Below are positions 17,022 through 23,579 of a stretch of DNA of 38,532 nt, one piece after another. The stretch covers positions 1-38,532 of the forward strand of contig JAKJHA010000001.1 in assembly GCA_022704125.1 (NCBI GenBank). The letters run 5' to 3'. Each line of letters opens with the position of its first letter. The stretch's first letter is position 1. The translations under genes were made by a program, and so were the position numbers. The notes under the pieces are model-generated. The model was not told the DNA's origin, did not search any database, and saw nothing but the letters and a program-made list of their open reading frames with translations. Source of the DNA: Verrucomicrobiota bacterium (GTDB lineage Bacteria; Verrucomicrobiota; Kiritimatiellia; RFP12; UBA1067).

Positions 17022-17780
17022 TCACCCTCTCGTACGACACATTTTACATGAACACCCATTCCGACGCATTACGCGCACCGTCCGCGCGGTCAAGTGCCAA
17101 GCGTCGAACACAAATAGACGATTTACCAGCAATGTCTCGGGCGGTGCCTCAAGCAACAGCTTGATCGCTTCGGTCGCCTGCACCGTACCGATCACGCCCG
17201 GCAACGTACTCAGCGGCCCGCGCGGTGTGTCCTCTTCCGCCGTCGGAGGTTGCTCGAATACACAGCGGTAACAGGCGCTGCGCCCCGGAATCACCGTCAT
17301 CGCCGATCCCTCGAACGCACGGATGCCGCCATGCACCACCGGCCGTCCGGCCGCATGACAGAGGTCCGCAATCAGGAATTTCGCCGCAAAGCTGTCGGTC
17401 GCGTCGATGACCACATCGTACCCCTCAATCATTTCGCGACCGTTCGCCGCCGTCAGGTGTTGCGGGATCGGCACGATCGTGACCTCGGGATTCAGCGCGT
17501 TCAGAGTATCCGCCGCCGATACCGTTTTGGGGCGTCCAAGATCAGCCGTGCGGTGCAGGATCTGGCGTTGCAGATTGCTCAATTCCAGCGTGTCGCCATC
17601 CATCACGCCGATCCGTCCCACCCCCGCCGCCGCTAGATAAAACGCCGCAGGCGAGCCGAGTCCGCCCACACCGACAACCAACACGCTGCCAGCGGCCAGA
17701 CGCGCTTGTCCGGTCGCGCCGATCTCCGGCAACTCCAGATGCCGCGCGTAACGCGCTTTTTGATAAGAAGAGAGATTCAT
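17022..17780 (-). CDS. thiF: ThiF/MoeB-family adenylyltransferase (sulfur-carrier protein activation)
   Basis: 252 aa. RYARHLELPEIG, the Rossmann motif VVGVGGLGSPAAFYLAAAGVG, SNLQRQILH, and two CxxC pairs (CYRC, CKMC). Confidence 0.85.
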   Translation of the reverse strand: MNLSSYQKARYARHLELPEIGATGQARLAAGSVLVVGVGGLGSPAAFYLAAAGVGRIGVMDGDTLELSNLQRQILHRTADLGRPKTVSAADTLNALNPEVTIVPIPQHLTAANGREMIEGYDVVIDATDSFAAKFLIADLCHAAGRPVVHGGIRAFEGSAMTVIPGRSACYRCVFEQPPTAEEDTPRGPLSTLPGVIGTVQATEAIKLLLEAPPETLLVNRLFVFDAWHLTARTVRVMRRNGCSCKMCRTRG

Positions 17781-17790
17781 GTTTGTTTAA

Positions 17791-18064
17791 CGCAGAGGCA
17801 CAGAGACGCAGAGTTTTTTATGGTGTAACGGCGTGACCGCCGCTGGGGAGGGACGAGCGTTTGCTCGTCCGCGGGCAAGCAGACGCTTGCCCCTCCCGGT
17901 GCTCCGCAATGAAACCTGAAACCGTCCTTCCGCGCAGCGGAAGGCGGCTCGTGGGGACACTCGCCCTCCAAAAAACGCTGAACGTCGAACTCTGAACTCT
18001 GAAGTAAAAAAACTCCTAAATCCTAAATCCTAAATCCCGCCTTCCGCGCGCAGCGCAGAAGGCG
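17791..18064. repeat. mosaic of tandem arrays and GC-rich hairpins between thiH and thiF
   Basis: CGCAGAGG CACAGAGA CGCAGAG (17791-17813). Three-way junction GGGAG[GGACGAGC-GTTT-GCTCGTCC]GC[GGGCAAGC-AGAC-GCTTGCCC]CTCCC (17846-17897). GAAACCTGAAACC (17911-17923). CCTTCCGC-GCA-GCGGAAGG (17926-17944). GCTGAAC GTCGAAC TCTGAAC TCTGAAG (17977-18004). CTCCTAAATCCTAAATCCTAAATCC (18013-18037). Hairpin CGCCTTC...GAAGGCG (18038-18064). Confidence 0.9.
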
Positions 18065-19199
18065 GCGACAGTACCGACCGGTACGCGCTATCCCAGTTTT
18101 TGAAAACGGGGTCTAGTCCGTGCGCGCGCAACATCGTGCAGAAGGCTGTCACGTCACGACCATCCGACACCGCGAACTGTCCCGTGTCCTCAGCACGACC
18201 ATCATAGCCGCCCACCGTTGTGCGGCTGCCGGCACTCATGCGATTGATACCCACCCCGGCCAGACCATCGCGAAACGCCGGTGCCTCGCGTGTCGAAAGT
18301 ACCAACGTGGTCTCCGGCAGACAAATGCGGAACGCAAAAATGAGCTGCGCCAGCCAACGGTCGCCGACCGGATGCGGCGCTTGAAAGCCCCCCGCCTCAG
18401 GCCGCAACCTGGGAAACGAAACAGAGAACGCTGCGCGCCAGAAACGCTGTTGCAACACGCGGACATGCCGGAAGAGCGCGAGTGCGTCGGCCAATGGATC
18501 GGCCAGTCCCAGCAACGCGCCAAGCCCCACGCTCGCGACACCGCCGGACAGCGCACGCGACGGCGCGTCCAATCGCGCCGCATAGTCGCGCTTCGGACCC
18601 CACCGGTGGAAACGTTCATAGGCATCGGGATCATAGGTCTCCTGATAGATCGTCACGCCGGTGCAACCGGCCTCCGCCAGCGCGCGATACTCGTCAACCG
18701 TCATCGGGAATGCTTCCACCGTGACCTCGTGAAAGAGACGCGCCGCCATGCGCACGCCCGCAAGCAGATAGTCGAAACCGGCGTGCGGCGTACGTTCGCC
18801 CGTCAGCAGTAGCACCTGCTCGAAGCCCAACCGCTTCAGCGCGGTCAACTCGCGTTCGATTTCGTCGGGTTCCAACCGATGACGCACTTGGTCGCGATCG
18901 GCGGCAAACCCGCAGTAAGCGCAACCGCCGGAGCAGTAATTCGAAAGATACAACGGCGCGTAGAGCTGGATCGTGCGACCGAACTGGCGGCGCGTCAAAG
19001 CCTGTGCCCGTTGCGCCATGGCCTCCAGCCAGCGCGTCGGCTCCGCGCGCACCAGCGTGACAAACGCCGCTTCGTCGGGCTCTTCTGTAGTCAGCGCGGC
19101 GGCGACCGCCCGCGCATCTGGCGGTGGCAACTCCAACCAAGGACGCGGATCCAGTTCGCGGGGCATGTCGCCGCGCGGCGATGATGAGACCGCATTCAC
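18030..19199 (-). CDS. thiH: 2-iminoacetate synthase (radical SAM tyrosine lyase)
   Basis: 389 aa with the radical-SAM cluster motif [13 protein letters not shown] start overlaps the thiG stop (GTGA); an alternative ATG lies 11 codons downstream. Embedded in the thi operon. The last ~11 codons and the TAG stop fall inside repeat modules. Confidence 0.85.
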   Translation of the reverse strand: MNAVSSSPRGDMPRELDPRPWLELPPPDARAVAAALTTEEPDEAAFVTLVRAEPTRWLEAMAQRAQALTRRQFGRTIQLYAPLYLSNYCSGGCAYCGFAADRDQVRHRLEPDEIERELTALKRLGFEQVLLLTGERTPHAGFDYLLAGVRMAARLFHEVTVEAFPMTVDEYRALAEAGCTGVTIYQETYDPDAYERFHRWGPKRDYAARLDAPSRALSGGVASVGLGALLGLADPLADALALFRHVRVLQQRFWRAAFSVSFPRLRPEAGGFQAPHPVGDRWLAQLIFAFRICLPETTLVLSTREAPAFRDGLAGVGINRMSAGSRTTVGGYDGRAEDTGQFAVSDGRDVTAFCTMLRAHGLDPVFKNWDSAYRSVLSPPSALRAEGGI

Positions 19200-19993
19200 A
19201 CGCGCTCCCCTCCTTGCAGAAAGGCGGTCAATGGACTGCTAGCCTGCGCCTCCTGTCCCACGGGCATGAGGCCGGCTCGCCGGGCGCTACGACCGGCCGC
19301 CACCGCCTGCGCAAAGGCCGCAGCCATGGCCGGCGGATCGCCGGCATCGGCCACCGCCGTGTTAACGAGCACTGCGTCACAGCCCATCTCCAACGCGGCG
19401 GCGGCCTGCGACGGCGCACGCAGTCCCGCATCCACGATCACGGGGATGCACGCCTCGCGCACAATGATCTTCAGCAACTCGGCCGAGGCCAGCCCCTGGC
19501 CGCTGCCGATCGCTGCGCCCAGCGGCATGACCGAGGCACAGCCGACCTCTTCGAGGCGTTTGGCCAAAACCGGGTCGGGGGGGATGTACGGCATCACCAG
19601 CCAGCCATCGGCCGCCAGCACGCGTGCGGCCTCATAGGTCTCGATCGGGTCGGGCATCAGGTGGCGCGGATTGGGGTGGATTTCGACTTTGACCAAACGG
19701 CTGCCGCACAACTCGCGTGCGATGCGCGCGGCCTGAATCGCCTCCTCAGCGTTACGCGCGCCCGACGTGTTGGGCATCAACGTGACACCCTCCATCGCCA
19801 ACAACGGCGTCAGTAGCGCATCGTCCGGGCGATCGCGGTCAAAGCGCCGCAGTGCCACAGTCACGATCTGTACACCTGACGCGGCCACGGCGCGCGCCAT
19901 GACGTCGGCACTGGCGAATTTACCTGTCCCTAACAGTAGGCGTGAAGTGTAGGCGTGATCGCCCAACACCAAAGCATCATCTTCTTGATTCAT
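19196..19993 (-). CDS. thiG: thiazole synthase
   Basis: 265 aa. LLLGTGKF...[10 protein letters not shown]...LMPNTSGA...[13 protein letters not shown] are typical of ThiG. Confidence 0.92.
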   Translation of the reverse strand: MNQEDDALVLGDHAYTSRLLLGTGKFASADVMARAVAASGVQIVTVALRRFDRDRPDDALLTPLLAMEGVTLMPNTSGARNAEEAIQAARIARELCGSRLVKVEIHPNPRHLMPDPIETYEAARVLAADGWLVMPYIPPDPVLAKRLEEVGCASVMPLGAAIGSGQGLASAELLKIIVREACIPVIVDAGLRAPSQAAAALEMGCDAVLVNTAVADAGDPPAMAAAFAQAVAAGRSARRAGLMPVGQEAQASSPLTAFLQGGERV

Positions 19994-20016
19994 GTTTCGT
20001 TGTCCTTTTCATCACA

Positions 20017-20211
20017 TCAGCCGCCGCCCGCGAAGGTCAACAGTTCCACACGGTCGCCCTCGGCGAGTGCCGTGGTGGCCTGTTCGGCGGCGGGCACCAC
20101 GCGGTCATTCACCACGGCGGCCACGCGCACAGCGGGTGCTTGTTCAGCAATCAATTCCGATACAAATCGCGCCACGGTCTCGTAAGGTTCGCCATTCAGC
20201 AAAATTTTCAT
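20017..20211 (-). CDS. thiS: sulfur carrier protein ThiS
   Basis: 64 aa from ATG 20211, with GGAGG upstream. MKILLNGEPYE...GDRVELLTFAGGG has the diagnostic C-terminal Gly-Gly. The longer 112-aa ORF would overlap the riboswitch. Confidence 0.85.
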   Translation of the reverse strand: MKILLNGEPYETVARFVSELIAEQAPAVRVAAVVNDRVVPAAEQATTALAEGDRVELLTFAGGG

Positions 20212-20237
20212 CGTTGCACTCCTCCCGACGGCGCCGG

Positions 20238-20275
20238 AAAACAAAAAAGGAATGCACGCCGGTCGGGTGCATTCC
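20238..20275 (-). terminator. intrinsic terminator forming the riboswitch expression platform
   Basis: Minus strand reads GGAATGCAC-CCGACCGGC-GTGCATTCC followed by TTTTTTGTTTT, between the TPP aptamer and the thiS ribosome-binding site. Confidence 0.7.
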
Positions 20276-20279
20276 CTGT

Positions 20280-20360
20280 CTGAGTCTCCCTTCGCCGGCA
20301 TGATCCGGATCAGGTTCTGCGGGTGTGATCTCAGCTCTTCCGCGCGGAAGAACACCCCGG
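20280..20360 (-). promoter_or_regulatory. TPP (THI-box) riboswitch aptamer
   Basis: Minus strand reads CCGGGGTGTTCTTCCGCGCGGAAGAGCTGAGATCACACCCGCAGAACCTGATCCGGATCATGCCGGCGAAGGGAGACTCAG. This carries the conserved GGGGTG, CTGAGA, ACCC and CCTGATCYGGATMATGCCRGCG..AGGGA blocks. Confidence 0.92.
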
Positions 20361-20374
20361 CCGTTTGGTGTCAC

Positions 20375-20403
20375 AGCGTACGCCAGCGGGTCCGGATTGT
20401 CAA
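20375..20403 (-). promoter_or_regulatory. putative promoter of the thi operon
   Basis: Minus strand has TTGACA (20398-20403), a 17-nt spacer and TACGCT (20375-20380), just upstream of the riboswitch. Confidence 0.35.
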
Positions 20404-20425
20404 TCCGGTTTGAAACGCCTATAAT
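20397..20425 (+). promoter_or_regulatory. putative promoter of the DUF1080 gene (possibly a leaderless transcript)
   Basis: TTGTCA (20397-20402), 17-nt spacer, perfect TATAAT (20420-20425). The ATG at 20431 lies only 5 nt after the -10 box and no Shine-Dalgarno site is present. Confidence 0.4.
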
Positions 20426-20430
20426 GCGGC

Positions 20431-21084
20431 ATGAAAAAAATTCTGCTGACACTTGCTTTTCTGGTGGCCGTCTCAACGGCCACGGCTGATCCCACACAGC
20501 TTTTCAACGGGCGCGACCTCACGGGCTGGAAAGTCGCCGATTTGTTTGAAAGCGGCAAGGTTGAGGTGCTGCCGGACGGCTCTGTCGAGTGCGGTTTCGG
20601 CAATCCTATGACCGGCATCGCCTATACCAACACGCCGCCGCGCATGAACTATGAACTCTCCCTGCAAGCCGTTCGCGTCCAAGGCGCAGATTTCTTCATC
20701 GCGCTCACCCTGCCGATCGAAACCAACTATTGCACCATCATCATCGGCGGTTGGGGCGGCAGTCTGTGTGGCATCTCGTCCGTCGATTACATGGACGCCT
20801 CGGAAAACCAGTGGAGCGAAAGCATCAACCTTGAGAACGAGCGCTGGTACACCCTGCGTGTGCGCGTCACGCCCGGCGTCTTGCAGGTCTTTCTCGACGA
20901 GACGCTTTTCACCGCCCGCGTGGAAGGACCGCCGTCACGCTTCAGCCTGCGATCGGGCAGCGACATCGACAAGACGGGGCCGCTGGGCCTCGCTACCTAC
21001 CGCACCAAAGCCCGTTGGCGTAATTTCACTCTCACGCCGATCACGGAATTGGGGCCCAAGGACAAGCCGATGCTGGACGAGTGA
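20431..21084 (+). CDS. DUF1080 (3-keto-disaccharide hydrolase-like) secreted protein
   Basis: 217 aa. Signal peptide MKKILLTLAFLVAVSTATA. Hallmark LFNGRDLTGWK at the N-terminus and RWRNFTLTPI near the C-terminus. Confidence 0.7.
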   Translation: MKKILLTLAFLVAVSTATADPTQLFNGRDLTGWKVADLFESGKVEVLPDGSVECGFGNPMTGIAYTNTPPRMNYELSLQAVRVQGADFFIALTLPIETNYCTIIIGGWGGSLCGISSVDYMDASENQWSESINLENERWYTLRVRVTPGVLQVFLDETLFTARVEGPPSRFSLRSGSDIDKTGPLGLATYRTKARWRNFTLTPITELGPKDKPMLDE

Positions 21085-21096
21085 GCCGCCGCCCGC

Positions 21097-23520
21097 TCAG
21101 TACGTGACCCAGCGCACGCCGCCCACCACCAGCCGCACACGGCTGTTGCGCTCGGCGTTGATGCCGATCATCACGGCTGTGATCTCGGTCGGCGACAGCT
21201 TCCCGTCGGCATCAGGGCGCGAATGCGTGCCCCATATCGCCTTGTCAAAAAAGGCCGTGAGCGTCTGCCGTCCTCGCCGGGAAAAGTCGTACGGCAACTC
21301 GCACAGGTAGCACGAGCCCCCCGCCTCGACAAACTGCACACGCAACGTACCCGTGCCTTCCAGCACCTCGACCTCGGTCTGCATACCGTCAGCCCCTTCC
21401 GGCGGACGCTCCGTCGCGGCAAGTGTGAGTCGAGGGTAACCCCACGGGTCTTGGTTGCCGAACCGCATGTCGAAGGCCATGCCGCTGTCTTGCAGTGCAT
21501 GCGTCATCGTCGCGCCGCCCACAATGTTATCGGCCCAAGCCGCGGGATCGGTCACCGAGGCGATCTCTCGTACATGCGACGGCGTCACGGCGGTCGCCGG
21601 ACAGGCCAACCGGAATGCGAGCCGGGGCTGTCCTGCCGCGCCGAAATCGCCGTGCAGACGTACCGGCACACCGAAGACCGCCTGACGGCCGGCCTGCGCC
21701 GGGATCACGACCTTGAGCGCCATAACCTGACGCTCCATCGGACGCAGTTCAATCTTCTCCGTCGGCAGCGTCACGCGCCATCCCTCCGGCACGACATCGA
21801 CCTTCAAACTGCCGCGCACGGTCGCTTCGCTGAAATTGTAGAGCGCGACTGGCACCTGTTTTTCTGTATCCAGTCCCACCTCATACGCCTGAATGTCGAG
21901 CCGTGATTGCGCTTGCGGCATCACAACCTGAAACACCACCGGCGAAGGCGCAAGCGAATCCGATGAAGGCGCTGGTGACACACGCAACGGCTTCTCCACC
22001 GCAAACTGTTCGCCCGCGCCCGACGGCAGCACCGCAAAAAACGGTGCTTCTGTCAACATCGCCGGTACACCATCACGCAGCGGTCGCCCGTATCCATCGT
22101 AGACCGCCTCGACTGTCACGCCGCGCAGCATGTCAGTCGGCGTCTGGCCCTTGTCGGCCCAAGCGACCAGAACATCGCGCGCCGCGCCGTCCGGTCGTGC
22201 ACGGAAAGCGTAGACGCGCGCTGCGCCGTTGGTCATGCGTCCCAACGGCTGCGCGCCAGCCAACAGTCGCCCTGTAGCGGCCAGCGCGAGATAACCACGG
22301 CGCGGTGTAAGATCGCGACGCAACAGACCAAACTGTATCTGTCCTTCACAGTAGTTACCGAGGATGAAAAAGTAGTGCTGCGACACGCCCGCAAAAAGAC
22401 TTGTCGCGAACGACTTCGGCACAAAGCGCGCCTGACGCACTTCTTCCGCTTCCGGCAGATCGCCGTGCTCACCGTTCCACCGCACATGAATCCCGCACTC
22501 GCTGAGCCAGATCGGACGCCCGCACGCGCCCTGACGGGCGGTCTCGAATTCGCTCGTATACTTTTCGACGCCGCTGTAGGTGTGGTTGTTGTAGGTGTCG
22601 TAATACGGCCAGGCCCCACCCTCGATCACGCCCTCTACGTGCAGCGCTGACCCCGACCCGGCGTAGACGTTCCAGCACACGGTCAGCGACGGATCGCCCG
22701 CTTTAAAACCGAGATACGATGCTTTCTGCAACGCGACCATCTCGTCGATGAGATGCCCGCCAAAACCGGGGATGTTGGCCTCGTTCCAAGGTTCCCACGC
22801 CTGAATGACGCCTTTGAAGCGTTCAGCCATCGCGCGACAGAAACGGAACGAATCACGCAGGTCACGCGGAAAGCGCTTGTAGGGCTTGCCCTCCTCCAGC
22901 CGCGGCATTTGCGCCCACGACGGCGTGCTGTGATAGACCTGCAACACCTCAAGCCCCGCGCCGCGCAGAATACGCGCCGAATCGTCATAACGCGTCGCCG
23001 CATAGAACTCGCCGGGCGCGTGCTCAAGATCGCCCCACGTCAACCGGTCCCGCACACCGCTCACGCCCGTCAGCGCCGCGAGACTGGCGAATGCCGCCAT
23101 TTTACGGCGGTCCCGCTCCGGCTCACCCGTGCGTGTGAACCAAGCGTTCGCGGTATCAATCCGAATCGGCGAGTCAGACGGGACGGGCACTGCCAGCCGC
23201 TTCAACACCGCTGCGGTCGTCCAGGCGACCGGCTTGCCAGCGCCATCAAGCCCTTCGATCCGGTACCAGCCCACCGGCTGCCGCCCCAGTTCGACGTGCG
23301 TCATTCCCGCTTTGTACGCGCCCCGCGCGACGTTCTTACCATCGAGATCACGCGCCTCCCAACTCACCGCCTTGTCAAAGCCGGCTGGCAACACGACGCG
23401 CACCTCATCCTTTTCAGTGCAGACATTACCTGGCCGCTCCGGCAGGGGCAACGGTACCGTCGTCGCCATACACGCGCCTCCGTACACACACAACAACACC
23501 TGTGCAAACGTCTTCATCAT
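21097..23520 (-). CDS. secreted glycoside hydrolase-like protein (clan GH-A type TIM barrel plus beta-sandwich domains)
   Basis: 807 aa. Signal peptide MMKTFAQVLLCVYGGACMA. Catalytic-type block RFKGVIQAWEPWNEANIPGFGG. Paralogous in this block to the 936-aa neighbour. Confidence 0.65.
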   Translation of the reverse strand: MMKTFAQVLLCVYGGACMATTVPLPLPERPGNVCTEKDEVRVVLPAGFDKAVSWEARDLDGKNVARGAYKAGMTHVELGRQPVGWYRIEGLDGAGKPVAWTTAAVLKRLAVPVPSDSPIRIDTANAWFTRTGEPERDRRKMAAFASLAALTGVSGVRDRLTWGDLEHAPGEFYAATRYDDSARILRGAGLEVLQVYHSTPSWAQMPRLEEGKPYKRFPRDLRDSFRFCRAMAERFKGVIQAWEPWNEANIPGFGGHLIDEMVALQKASYLGFKAGDPSLTVCWNVYAGSGSALHVEGVIEGGAWPYYDTYNNHTYSGVEKYTSEFETARQGACGRPIWLSECGIHVRWNGEHGDLPEAEEVRQARFVPKSFATSLFAGVSQHYFFILGNYCEGQIQFGLLRRDLTPRRGYLALAATGRLLAGAQPLGRMTNGAARVYAFRARPDGAARDVLVAWADKGQTPTDMLRGVTVEAVYDGYGRPLRDGVPAMLTEAPFFAVLPSGAGEQFAVEKPLRVSPAPSSDSLAPSPVVFQVVMPQAQSRLDIQAYEVGLDTEKQVPVALYNFSEATVRGSLKVDVVPEGWRVTLPTEKIELRPMERQVMALKVVIPAQAGRQAVFGVPVRLHGDFGAAGQPRLAFRLACPATAVTPSHVREIASVTDPAAWADNIVGGATMTHALQDSGMAFDMRFGNQDPWGYPRLTLAATERPPEGADGMQTEVEVLEGTGTLRVQFVEAGGSCYLCELPYDFSRRGRQTLTAFFDKAIWGTHSRPDADGKLSPTEITAVMIGINAERNSRVRLVVGGVRWVTY

Positions 23521-23579
23521 CTTTGGTTTCCTGATAGAGAGGTTTTAGCGATCATCGGCATCAACGAAGATCCGAGCCG

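Noticed and set aside
18030-19199. The radical-SAM protein as HydG, given hydF in the window
   Set aside because: Its length of 389 aa fits ThiH and lacks the extra C-terminal cluster domain of HydG. It overlaps the thiG stop by GTGA and lies inside thiS-G-H-F-E behind a TPP riboswitch.
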